From Euzebyales bacterium (GTDB taxonomy: Bacteria > Actinomycetota > Nitriliruptoria > Euzebyales > JAHELV01), in the NCBI GenBank assembly GCA_035461305.1, contig DATHVN010000076.1, forward strand, positions 667 to 64,666: 64,000 nucleotides of DNA, written 5' to 3'. Under the pieces are notes generated by a model. It saw nothing but the letters and a program-made list of their open reading frames with translations. It searched no databases and was not told the DNA's origin. The translations under genes were made by a program, and so were the position numbers. Below, piece by piece: positions 40,066 to 48,880 of this stretch. The first letter of the stretch is position 1, and each line of letters opens with the position of its first letter.

Positions 40066-40069
40066 CGTA

Positions 40070-40112
40070 GGTTCAATCATCTGTTTGAATGGATCAAACA
40101 GATGATTGAACC
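40070..40112. promoter_or_regulatory. 43-bp perfect palindrome (19-bp arms, 5-nt spacer): candidate TetR operator overlapping a promoter
   Basis: ggttcaatcatctgtttga-atgga-tcaaacagatgattgaacc ends 5 nt before the TetR ATG 40118. TTGACG (40062-40067), a 17-nt spacer and TTGAAT (40085-40090) overlap the left arm. Confidence 0.7.
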
Positions 40113-40117
40113 TGCCG

Positions 40118-40768
40118 ATGGCAACGACACAGACCACCAGCGCGATCCTCGACGCCGCCGAGCAGCTGTTCGCCCTGCACGGCGTCGATGCCACCTCCAT
40201 CCGCGAGATCACACGCGTCGCGGACGTCAACGTCGCCGCCGTCCACTACCACTTCGGCACGAAGGAGGCGGTGCTGCGGGCCGTCACCGACCGGGTGGTC
40301 GGCCCCATGAACACACGCCGGTTCCGCCTGCTCGAGCGGGCGCAGGACGCCGCGGCGCCGCGACCTCCCGACATCGACGCGGTGATCGAGGCGTTCGTCA
40401 GACCCGACATCGAGACGCTCATGGACCTGCAGCGACGGGGTCCGACCGTGGCCCACTTCCTCGGCCGGGTGTACAGCGACCAGAAGCCGTGGATCCGACG
40501 GATGGCCGGCGAGCAGTTCGCCGAGGTCGGCGAGCGGTTCTTCCCCGCCATCGCGGTCGCGCTCCCCCACCTGCGACCCGACGAGATCGCCTGGAGGATG
40601 GCCCAGGTCACCGCGCTGGTCGTGCACACCTTCGCGACGTGGCCCGAGGCCGGAATGGACGCGGCCGGCGCCGAGCGCAGGATCGCCCGCCTGTGCGCAT
40701 TCATCACGCCGGCCCTACGGGCACCGGCGGTCCCGGAGCGAACGGAGGTGACAACCGGCACACCGTGA
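40118..40768 (+). CDS. TetR family transcriptional regulator
   Basis: ILDAAEQLFALHGVDATSIREITRVADVNVAAVHYHFGTKEAVL HTH. ATG 40118 is preferred over TTG 40106. Confidence 0.8.
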   Translation: MATTQTTSAILDAAEQLFALHGVDATSIREITRVADVNVAAVHYHFGTKEAVLRAVTDRVVGPMNTRRFRLLERAQDAAAPRPPDIDAVIEAFVRPDIETLMDLQRRGPTVAHFLGRVYSDQKPWIRRMAGEQFAEVGERFFPAIAVALPHLRPDEIAWRMAQVTALVVHTFATWPEAGMDAAGAERRIARLCAFITPALRAPAVPERTEVTTGTP

Positions 40769-41679
40769 TCGCCCACCCGCGCCGGGTTGTGGAAGGCGCG
40801 ACGGGGACGGGCGTGATCGCCAGACCCGACTGGCTGCCCCCCGAGCAGTACCCGTTCACCCTCAGACGCCGCGGTGCCGTTGCCTTTATCGACGAGGGTG
40901 CCGGTCCGACGCTGCTGTTCGTCCACGCCGGGATGTGGTCGTTCGTGTTCCGCGACGTCATCACCCGCCTGCGTACGGACTTCCGCTGCGTCGCCCTCGA
41001 CTTCCCCGGCTTCGGGCTGGCCCCTCAGGCGGACGACGACGCGTCGATCGCCGACCTCGCCGGTGTGCTCACGACGTTCGTGACGGAGCTCGATCTGCGG
41101 GACGTGACCGTCGTCGCCAACGACCTCGGCGGCCCCGTCGCCCTGGCGACGGCTGCGGCGCTGCCCGAGCGGGTGCACGGCCTCGTGCTGGCGAACACCT
41201 TCGCCTGGACACCGGACCACCGCGCGCTGCGGGCGATGCTCCGCGTGATCGGCGGACGCCCGGCGGAGGCCGTCGGCGTGACGACGAACGTCGTCGCGCT
41301 CCTGACATCGACCCGGTTCGGGGTAGGCCGCCACCTCGACCGGGCCGGGCGTGTCGCCTTCCGCGGTCCCTCCCGGGAGCGTCACGTCCGGCGCAGGTTC
41401 CACCAGCTCATGGCCTCCACGCTGGACACTCCGGCGTTCACCGACGGCATCGACGACGCTGTGACCACCGTGCTCGCTGACACACCGGTCCTGACCATCT
41501 TCGGCGAGCGCAACGACCCGCTCGGCTTTCAAGCCCGCCTCGCCGAACGCTTCGCCGACCACGAGGGCGTGGTCGTGGCGGGTGGCAACCACTTCCCGAT
41601 GACCGACGACCCGGACCTGTTCGCGGCGTCGGTGCGCGACTGGCACCGACGACGGGTCGCGTCACACGTGACCCGCTGA
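40765..41679 (+). CDS. Alpha/beta hydrolase (haloalkane-dehalogenase-like)
   Basis: GTG 40765 overlaps the TetR stop (GTGA); GTG 40813 is an alternative. ..LLFVHAGMWSFVFRDVI..VALDFPGFG..VANDLGGPVAL..GGNHFPMTDDP. Confidence 0.7.
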   Translation: MIAHPRRVVEGATGTGVIARPDWLPPEQYPFTLRRRGAVAFIDEGAGPTLLFVHAGMWSFVFRDVITRLRTDFRCVALDFPGFGLAPQADDDASIADLAGVLTTFVTELDLRDVTVVANDLGGPVALATAAALPERVHGLVLANTFAWTPDHRALRAMLRVIGGRPAEAVGVTTNVVALLTSTRFGVGRHLDRAGRVAFRGPSRERHVRRRFHQLMASTLDTPAFTDGIDDAVTTVLADTPVLTIFGERNDPLGFQARLAERFADHEGVVVAGGNHFPMTDDPDLFAASVRDWHRRRVASHVTR

Positions 41680-41876
41680 CGCCGGGACCGCTCGCAGGCG
41701 GGTGCCGGCCACGTCGGCAGCCGGCCGGTCGCTGATCCGGGCGGGCCCGTCGACGCGGACGGCCGCGGCGATGACGTCGGCACCCGCGACTCGTCGCTGC
41801 CCCTACCCGCGCCAACTGTTCGTCGATGTCTCGAGATCTGACAGTCGTTCGTGACCGGCGTCGGGACCGTCCGGAT

Positions 41877-42872
41877 CTAGCGTTGCGGCCGGCCTCGCTC
41901 GATGCTGTCGGCGCCGGCGAGCCCGGTCCCGTGCGCACTGACGTCGTCGAGCAGCGTCGCCCGCGCACCGTCCAGACGAACCACGAGCGCACCTGTGTCG
42001 TCGATCAGCCCGATCCGCGCACATGCCAGGTCGCGCGCTGCGAACGCGGCGATGATCTCGTCGACCCGATCGGCGGAGGCACACAGCAGGAACCCGTACG
42101 ACGGGAACACGTCGAGCCATGTCGGGAGGGGCACGTCCTGTGGCCGCGGTATAGCGGCGAGGTCTACCAGGGCGCCGCAACCCGTTGGTTGCAGCAGCAT
42201 CGCCAACGTGCCGAGCGTGCCCGCCATGCTGATGTCCTTCGCAGCGACGGCGGCGCCTGTGTCGGCCACGTGCCGGAGCACTCCGAGGTCGCCTCGGACG
42301 CGGGTGCCGCGCTGATCGTAGGACGGGTAGAAACCGAAGTCCGAGCGCAATCGACCGTCGAGGCAGGCAGCCATCAGCAACACCTGCCCGGCGCGCGCGT
42401 TGCGGGCCAGCAACGGCGCGCCGACGTCACCCACGACGAACGCGGACAGCGAGGGCGCGTCGGACGTGATGGTCAGATGCCCACCGACGATTGGCAGTCC
42501 ATACAGATCGGCGGCGTGACGCAGACCGGCGAGGACCGCTCGCGCCACGTCGGCCGACGCGACGACGGTGTCGACGATCGCCAGCGGGCGACCACCCATG
42601 GCCGCGACATCGTTGACGTTCGCGACCACCGCACCGACACCGGCACCGAACGGATCCCTCGCGACGAACGGGGGGAAGATCGCCTCGCCTGCAGCCAGCA
42701 CGTCACCGGCGCCGCTGTGGATCAGCGCGGTGTCGTCACCCGGGCCGGTAACCCAGTCGGTCGGGCCGAGCGCGTCGGCGACGTGGTGCAGAGCCTGCTT
42801 GGCGATCCGCCCTCGGTTGGCCATGAACCGCCCGGCGATGACGGCGATCGGAGCATCGGGACGCTGGTTCAC
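41877..42872 (-). CDS. AIR-synthase-related (PurM/ThiL/HypE fold) protein, sll0787-family type
   Basis: ..GPGDDTALI..GAGVGAVVANVNDVAAMGGRPLAIVDTVV.., ..GGHLTI.., ..AAKDISMAGTLGTLAML... Divergent from the ComA-like operon across a 49-nt spacer. Confidence 0.7.
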   Translation of the reverse strand: MNQRPDAPIAVIAGRFMANRGRIAKQALHHVADALGPTDWVTGPGDDTALIHSGAGDVLAAGEAIFPPFVARDPFGAGVGAVVANVNDVAAMGGRPLAIVDTVVASADVARAVLAGLRHAADLYGLPIVGGHLTITSDAPSLSAFVVGDVGAPLLARNARAGQVLLMAACLDGRLRSDFGFYPSYDQRGTRVRGDLGVLRHVADTGAAVAAKDISMAGTLGTLAMLLQPTGCGALVDLAAIPRPQDVPLPTWLDVFPSYGFLLCASADRVDEIIAAFAARDLACARIGLIDDTGALVVRLDGARATLLDDVSAHGTGLAGADSIERGRPQR

Positions 42873-42921
42873 GGGGCTTCCTCGTCGGGAGGGCTGCGAT
42901 TATAGTGGAGAGCCATCCATC

Positions 42922-43740
42922 ATGAGAGAGAACCGCAGGTTCGAGTCACGCCCCGGGAGTGCTCCATCAGCGTTCCTGGACCTGCCGCGGCGCTCGACGA
43001 AGCCACGCAGGACCGGGCGCACCCACGTGCTGGATGTGGGGCATCCGCTCTCGACCGTCGAGGCTGTCCTCGGGTCACGCGCCGACCTGATCGACCTGTG
43101 GAAGTTCGGATACGGTACCGCCTACATCGACGCCGAGGTCGCGGCGAAGGTGGCGCTGCTGCACAGACACGACGTCGCGCCATGCGTCGGCGGTACGTTC
43201 CTGGAGATCTCGTGGCTGCAGAACCGGACCCACGAGTGCCTCGCATGGGCCGCCGACGTCGGCTTCAGATGCGTCGAGGTCTCCAACGGAACGGTGCCGA
43301 TGTCCAAGGACGACAAGCGCGGCCTCATCAAGCGCGCCGCCGAGGAGTTCGCCGTCGTATCCGAGGTGGGATCGAAGAACCCCGCCGACCCGGTCGAGCC
43401 GGCCACCTGGCGCGATGACATGCTCGGAGACCTTGAAGCCGGGGCGGTCCTGATGCTCGCGGAGGGACGTGCGAGCGGCACCGTCGGGCTGTACCGGAGC
43501 GATGGATCGGTACGGGAGGAGCTCGTCGAGGTCCTCCTCGCCGACGTCGGGGACCAGGTCGTGTTCGAGGCGCCCAGAACGGCGCAGCAGGCGTGGTTCG
43601 TGCGCCGGCTCGGTGCCGAGGTGAACCTCGCGAACATCGACGTCACGGCGGCATTGTCCGTCGAGGCGCTGCGTCTGGGACTCCGCGCGGACACGATGCG
43701 GATGGACGGCGGTGGCGGACGGGTCGAACCGTGGTCGTGA
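42922..43740 (+). CDS. (2R)-phospho-3-sulfolactate synthase (ComA) family protein
   Basis: FLDLPRRSTKPRRTGRTHVLD.., ..DLWKFGYGT.., ..VEVSNGT.., ..EGRASG.., ..VFEAPRTAQQAWFVRRLGAEVNLANIDVTAALSVEALRLGLRADT tracks my recollection of archaeal ComA end to end. Confidence 0.8.
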   Translation: MRENRRFESRPGSAPSAFLDLPRRSTKPRRTGRTHVLDVGHPLSTVEAVLGSRADLIDLWKFGYGTAYIDAEVAAKVALLHRHDVAPCVGGTFLEISWLQNRTHECLAWAADVGFRCVEVSNGTVPMSKDDKRGLIKRAAEEFAVVSEVGSKNPADPVEPATWRDDMLGDLEAGAVLMLAEGRASGTVGLYRSDGSVREELVEVLLADVGDQVVFEAPRTAQQAWFVRRLGAEVNLANIDVTAALSVEALRLGLRADTMRMDGGGGRVEPWS

Positions 43741-44591
43741 ACCTGTCGCCCGATCGTGAGCGGGAGGTCTCGGTCCTCGATGTCGACGTGCCGCTGGAGC
43801 TCGAGGCGCTGCGCGACGTGCTGCATGGGCGCCAGGCGTACCGCCGCACGCGGTACATCGTCGCGCGCCGGGATGATGACGTCGCAGTGCTCGAGATTGA
43901 GAAGCGCCGCGAGGAGCCGCTGTTCTCCGAGATCACCGCGGTGCGGATGCTGGCGGGCCCTGACGACAGCGTGCTGGTGACCGATCCCACCGTCGACATC
44001 GCGGTGCCGTCGCAGCTCGCCGCACTCGCCGAGGCGTCGACGGCGCGGTGCGTAGTCGTCGAGGGCCGGTACTCCTACATTGGGTTCGTCATCGACGCGG
44101 CGCCGACCCGGATCCGGATCGTCGATGCCGTGCCGCCGGACCCGCCGAAGCTGGTCGATCAGGCGCGCAGGGTGCTGGCCACCGCCGATGACCTGCCGTC
44201 GATCGCTCTCGACGTCGAGCTGCTCGATCTACGGACCCTGGCCTCCGACGTGACCGCCTCGACCGTGCTCTTCCCGTGCCGCGCGTCGGGGCTCGTCGCA
44301 AGCAGGGACAGCGCCTACCTCGACCAGCGGCCGCAGCGCACCGACTGGGTGCTGGTCGGCTGTGCGAGGTCCCGTGAGATCCACCGTTGGTTCTACGGCG
44401 ACGAGCCGCCGGTGATCGACAGTTGTCCACGCCACGTCGTCGACGGCGGCGTGCCCACGGTCGTCCGCTGCTGCCTGCTCGAGACCGGGATCGAACACGA
44501 CGGACGGGTCGTGGTCGTGCCCTGGGGCGCGAGCCTGGCCGAGGTCCGCGCCGGACTGGCGGCCGCGGCAGGGCTGGCGGCGTCACCGTGA
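43731..44591 (+). CDS. Hypothetical protein with no recognisable domain (286 aa)
   Basis: GTG 43731/43737 overlaps the ComA-like stop, and its own stop overlaps the next start (GTGA). Non-repetitive composition with a Cys-containing C-terminus (..LVGCARSREIHRWFYGDEPPVIDSCPRHVV..VVRCCLLETG..). Confidence 0.6.
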   Translation: MVVNLSPDREREVSVLDVDVPLELEALRDVLHGRQAYRRTRYIVARRDDDVAVLEIEKRREEPLFSEITAVRMLAGPDDSVLVTDPTVDIAVPSQLAALAEASTARCVVVEGRYSYIGFVIDAAPTRIRIVDAVPPDPPKLVDQARRVLATADDLPSIALDVELLDLRTLASDVTASTVLFPCRASGLVASRDSAYLDQRPQRTDWVLVGCARSREIHRWFYGDEPPVIDSCPRHVVDGGVPTVVRCCLLETGIEHDGRVVVVPWGASLAEVRAGLAAAAGLAASP

Positions 44592-45967
44592 CCGCACGGC
44601 TGACCGATTCGCGGCTCTACGGACACCTGTGGGCCACGTCGGAGGTGCGCGCGATCTTCGCCGAGGACGCGCGGCTGCAGTCCTGGCTCGACATCCTCGC
44701 CGCACTCGCTCAGGCACAGGCCGACCTGGGACTCGTCCCGCCCGAGGCCGCCGGCGCGATCGTTGCACACGCCGACGTCACCCTGCTCGACCTCGACCTG
44801 GTGGCACAGGAGACGCGACGGACGGGCCATTCGACGCTCGGACTCATCCGCGGGCTGCAGGCGGTGCTGCCGTCGGTCGCCCGCGAGCACGTCTACGTCG
44901 GTGCCACGGTCCAGGACATCACCGACACGTGGACGGCCCTCGTGATGCGCAGTGTCGGCGGCATCGTGTGGCGGGACCTGCGGTCGCTGGAGGACGAGCT
45001 GATCGCGCTGGCCGAGCGTCACCGCGACACCGCCATGGCGGGACGTACCCACGGACAGGCCGGCGCGGTGATCACGTTCGGATGGAAGGTGGCGACCTGG
45101 GCCGACGAGATCCGTCGCCATCTGGAGCGGCTGCGTTGTGGGGCGGACCGGTGGCTGGCCGGTCAGCTGGGTGGCGCCGTCGGCACCGCGGCGTTCTTCG
45201 GTCCGGACGCCGTCGAGCTCCGGGCGCGGTTCTGCGCACTGCTGGATCTGCCGGCACCACGCGTCTCGTGGCTGACGACACGCGACCGCGTCGCAGACTT
45301 CGGGCTGGCGCTCGCGCTGGTCACGCAGACGCTGGGTCGCATCGGCAACGAGATCTACGCACTGGCCCGCAGTGATGTCGGAGAGCTGCGCGAGCAGGTC
45401 ACTGTCGGCAGCGTCAGCAGCATCACGATGCCCCACAAGCGCAACCCGGAGCGCAGCGAGCACCTGGTGACGCTCGCGCGTCTGGTGCTGCCGCAGGCGC
45501 ACGTGCTGGTCGAGGGCATGATCGGCGAGCACGAGCGGGACGGCCGCTCCTGGAAGGCCGAGTGGGTGGCACTGCCCGAGATCTGTCTACTCACAGCCAC
45601 CGCGCTTGCGATCGCCGGCGAGGTTCTGCGCGGCCTCGAGGTCGACGCCGACCGCATGGCCGCAACCGTCGAGGCGCACCGCGGCGATCTGGCCTCCGAG
45701 CGGCTGCTCGCGGCCCTGACGCCGAGCGTGGGCAAGCACGAGGCACAGGCATTGCTGCAGGACGTGCTCGCCGAGAGCCGCGACCACCGCGTACCGGTCG
45801 AGCGGGCGTTGGCGGCCGCGGTCGACGCGCGGTCCCACCTCGACGACACGGCATTGCGCGCCGCTCTCGACGCCGCGCCGGACACCGGCGCGGCGGGAGC
45901 GATGGTCGACGCCGTGGTGGCCCACGCCCGCGCTGCGCGCGCGAGGGAGTCCGAGCGATGGCCATGA
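44588..45967 (+). CDS. Fumarate-lyase superfamily enzyme, adenylosuccinate lyase / 3-carboxymuconate cycloisomerase-like
   Basis: GTG 44588. ..LQSWLDILAALAQAQADLGLVP.., ..GATVQDITDT.., ..GRTHGQAG.., signature SSITMPHKRNP. Confidence 0.75.
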   Translation: MTARLTDSRLYGHLWATSEVRAIFAEDARLQSWLDILAALAQAQADLGLVPPEAAGAIVAHADVTLLDLDLVAQETRRTGHSTLGLIRGLQAVLPSVAREHVYVGATVQDITDTWTALVMRSVGGIVWRDLRSLEDELIALAERHRDTAMAGRTHGQAGAVITFGWKVATWADEIRRHLERLRCGADRWLAGQLGGAVGTAAFFGPDAVELRARFCALLDLPAPRVSWLTTRDRVADFGLALALVTQTLGRIGNEIYALARSDVGELREQVTVGSVSSITMPHKRNPERSEHLVTLARLVLPQAHVLVEGMIGEHERDGRSWKAEWVALPEICLLTATALAIAGEVLRGLEVDADRMAATVEAHRGDLASERLLAALTPSVGKHEAQALLQDVLAESRDHRVPVERALAAAVDARSHLDDTALRAALDAAPDTGAAGAMVDAVVAHARAARARESERWP

Positions 45968-46971
45968 TCGGGCGCGAGCGCACCGCCGCCGTCGACGTCC
46001 TGACCACATCACCGCGTGTCAGCCTGGCGCATCTGCCGACGCCGCTGCACCGCGCGGCGGCGCTGGAGCGGGCGCTGGGCTGTCCGCCGCTGTACGTGAA
46101 GCGCGACGATCTCACTGGCTTTGCGTTCGGTGGCAACAAGGCGCGGACACTCGAGTACCTGATCGGCGCCGCGCGCGCCGAGGGGTGTGACGTGCTGATC
46201 ACCGGCGGAGGACCGTCCTCGGCACACTGCATGACCGCCGCCATGGCAGCACGCGTCGTGGGCATGGCGTGCGTGCTCGTGTGCTTCGGCGAACCTCCGG
46301 CAAGCCGGCCTGCGGCGCTCGCGCTGGCGCTCGCCGCTGGCGCGCGGGTGCGGTTCACCGGCGACGACGATCGCGCGTCGATTGACCACCAGCTCGACGT
46401 GGTGGCGGCCGAGGAGCGCGCATCCGGTCGCCATCCCGCGGTCGTCCCACGTGGCGGCGCGACGGTTTCCGGCAGCCTGGCGTACGCAGCAGCGGTCCCC
46501 GAGGTCTCGACGCAGCTGTCCCGGCTCGGTGTGGAGCCGGATCTGCACCTGCTCGCCACCGGCTCGTGTGGGACGCAGGCGGGCCTCGTGGCCGGCACCA
46601 TCGCCATGGGTGCGGGCTGGCGCGTGATCGGCGCGTCGGTCAGCCGTCCGGTCGACGAATGTGTCGAGCGCGTCACGGCGCTCGCCACCGCATGCACGCA
46701 GCGCCTGGGTGTGCGCCCGCCGATGGTGCACGAGGTGATCGTGGTCGATGCCCGCGGCCCCGGCTTTGGTCGGACCTCTGCGGCCGGTCGGCGGTGCGCG
46801 CGGCTTGCCGCAGCGACCGAGGGACTGGTGCTCGACGACGTCTACACCGCCAAGGCGCTCGCTCAGCTGCCGACCGTCGCGCGGTCGGACGCGGCCGTGT
46901 TCTGGCACACCGGTGGCACCGTGGCGGCCGTGGCCAACGCGCTCAGTGCCGGAGAGGAGCAGGAACCGTGA
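45958..46971 (+). CDS. PLP-dependent ACC deaminase / D-cysteine desulfhydrase family protein
   Basis: ATG 45958 overlaps the upstream stop by 10 nt. ..PTPLHRA..LYVKRDDLTGFAFGGNKARTLEYLIG..VLITGGGPSS.., ..FWHTGG... Confidence 0.7.
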   Translation: MAMIGRERTAAVDVLTTSPRVSLAHLPTPLHRAAALERALGCPPLYVKRDDLTGFAFGGNKARTLEYLIGAARAEGCDVLITGGGPSSAHCMTAAMAARVVGMACVLVCFGEPPASRPAALALALAAGARVRFTGDDDRASIDHQLDVVAAEERASGRHPAVVPRGGATVSGSLAYAAAVPEVSTQLSRLGVEPDLHLLATGSCGTQAGLVAGTIAMGAGWRVIGASVSRPVDECVERVTALATACTQRLGVRPPMVHEVIVVDARGPGFGRTSAAGRRCARLAAATEGLVLDDVYTAKALAQLPTVARSDAAVFWHTGGTVAAVANALSAGEEQEP

Positions 46972-48446
46972 CCACGCCCACCACGGGACCGGCCGAGGAG
47001 CTGGTCGCGGCCGGGTTCGCCTATGAGGTCGGCGATGCGCCGGAGCTGCACCACGGCCTGAACCTGGCCGACATCGCACACGTGCTCGTGCTACGGGAAC
47101 GGGGACTGCTGCCCGACGCCACGATGGTGCCGCTGCTGCGGCTGCTGCTCGAGACGCATCGACGCCCCGTCGACGACTTCCCGTACGACCCGGCGTACGG
47201 CGAGGTCTACAACTGTCGGGAACGCCACTTCGTGGCGCGGCTCGGCGACGACGCCGGTTGGCTGCACGCCGGACGTCCACGGCGCGAGGCCGTGCGTGTA
47301 GCACTGCGACTGCGGCTACGCGAGATCACGGCCGACCTGGTGTGCGCCACGGCCGGCCTTGTGATCGCACTCGCCGATCGGGCCGCCGAGCATGCCGAGA
47401 CCTGCATGGCTGACCAGACCTATCTCCAACAGGCCCAGCCCTCGACGTTGGGTCACTACCTGCTCTCGTTCGCGTACCCGACGCTGCGCGACGGGCGGCG
47501 TGCGCTGGCGGCACTCGACGACATCAACCGCAGTCCCGGTGGGGCCGGGTGCGCGAACGGCAGCGGACTGCAGCTCGACCGCGGCCGCGTGGCGGACCTG
47601 CTCGGCTTCGACGGCATCATCGAGCACACGCGCGACGCCATGTGGCAGACCGACGGCCTGATCGATGTCACGGCGACCGCAGCAAGCCTGGTCGCCGGCG
47701 CCGACAAGTTGGCGGAGGATCTGGAGATCTGGTCGAGCCAGGAGTTCGACTACGTGTCCCTGGCGGCGCCCTACACGCGGGCCAGCGTGCTGATGCCCCA
47801 GAAGCGCAACCCGTACGCGCTGAGCGTGGTGCGTGGCAGCACGGGCCTCCTCATCGGCCGGCTCACGGGCCTGCTCGCGGTGACCAAGAGCCCGTCGGCG
47901 CGCAGCGACAACCTCATCTTCTCGTACGGCGACATCCCCCGGGCACTGACACAGGCGCGGCGGGTGGTCGAGCTGATGCGCGGGGTCGTGGCGACCCTGG
48001 AGGTGCACGCTGACCGTATGTGGTCGGCGCTGATCTCCGGGTTCACCCAGGCCACCGACCTCGCGGAGTTCGTCATGCAGCGCTGCGAGGTGGACTACCG
48101 CACGGCCTACCTCATCGTCGGACGCGCCGTCCAGACCGCGGCGGTCACAGGTCTGCGTGGCGTCGATCTCACGGGTGAGATGCTCGATGCCGCCTCCGTC
48201 GAACACCATGGCGACGCGCTTGGGCTGGCCGGCAGCGACCTGAGTGCCGTCCTGGACCCGCGTCGACTCGTGGCTGACCGCCTGGTCCCGGGCGGCGCCG
48301 CCCCTCGGCTGGTGCGCCAGATGGCCGACACGGTCCGCTCGCAGGCCAAGCAACTGGATCGGGGGGTGTCGGAGCGCCGTGCACGTATGCAGGCCGCCGA
48401 GCAGGCGCTTCTGCGCCGTGCCGAGCTGGTGATCGCCGATGGGTAG
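46968..48446 (+). CDS. Fumarate-lyase superfamily enzyme, argininosuccinate-lyase-like
   Basis: GTG 46968 overlaps the upstream stop (GTGA). ..TYLQQAQPSTLGHYLL.., signature ASVLMPQKRNPYAL, ..GFTQATDLAEFV... Confidence 0.75.
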   Translation: MTTPTTGPAEELVAAGFAYEVGDAPELHHGLNLADIAHVLVLRERGLLPDATMVPLLRLLLETHRRPVDDFPYDPAYGEVYNCRERHFVARLGDDAGWLHAGRPRREAVRVALRLRLREITADLVCATAGLVIALADRAAEHAETCMADQTYLQQAQPSTLGHYLLSFAYPTLRDGRRALAALDDINRSPGGAGCANGSGLQLDRGRVADLLGFDGIIEHTRDAMWQTDGLIDVTATAASLVAGADKLAEDLEIWSSQEFDYVSLAAPYTRASVLMPQKRNPYALSVVRGSTGLLIGRLTGLLAVTKSPSARSDNLIFSYGDIPRALTQARRVVELMRGVVATLEVHADRMWSALISGFTQATDLAEFVMQRCEVDYRTAYLIVGRAVQTAAVTGLRGVDLTGEMLDAASVEHHGDALGLAGSDLSAVLDPRRLVADRLVPGGAAPRLVRQMADTVRSQAKQLDRGVSERRARMQAAEQALLRRAELVIADG

Positions 48447-48459
48447 ATCGCGCCGCGGC

Positions 48460-48855
48460 TCACGCGCCGCCTACGGCGTACTCGATCCGGGGGGGTTCGA
48501 TCAGCGTGTTCGAGACGAAGCAGTAGGCCTTCGCGCGCTCGATCAACTGCTCGGCGTCCGCGTCGGCGAGATCGGTCGTGACCTGCACGCGGATCCATGC
48601 GAAGCGGTTGCCCTCGTAGTCGGCCTCGACGCGGACCGCCAGCTGCTCGAGCGTGATGTCGCACTTGCGCGACGCGTGCGCCACCGCCATGGTGAAGCAC
48701 GTGGCCAGCGAGGCGAGGAACAGCTCGGTCGGAGTGGGACCATCATCCGTGCCACCGACCGACTCGGGCTCATCGGCCAGGATATCGAAGTCACGCACCG
48801 TGACCTGCGACCGGTACCCGCCCGACCACACGGCCAGGAGCGTCTTGTCAGCCAT
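48460..48855 (-). CDS. osmC: OsmC family protein (thiol peroxidase fold)
   Basis: Last 131 codons of ORF 48460..50175, from ATG 48855. ..GGTDDGPTPTELFLASLATCFT.., ..AKAYCFVSNTL.. carry the two conserved Cys. Confidence 0.75.
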   Translation of the reverse strand: MADKTLLAVWSGGYRSQVTVRDFDILADEPESVGGTDDGPTPTELFLASLATCFTMAVAHASRKCDITLEQLAVRVEADYEGNRFAWIRVQVTTDLADADAEQLIERAKAYCFVSNTLIEPPRIEYAVGGA

Positions 48856-48880
48856 GAGCAGCGATCGTAACAGTGGGGCC

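Noticed and set aside
44393-47304. Minus-strand ORFs 44393..45532, 45591..46697 and 46009..47304
   Set aside because: They are antisense to the lyase and PLP-enzyme genes, which carry signature motifs (SSITMPHKRNP, GGNKARTLEYL), and have no motifs of their own.
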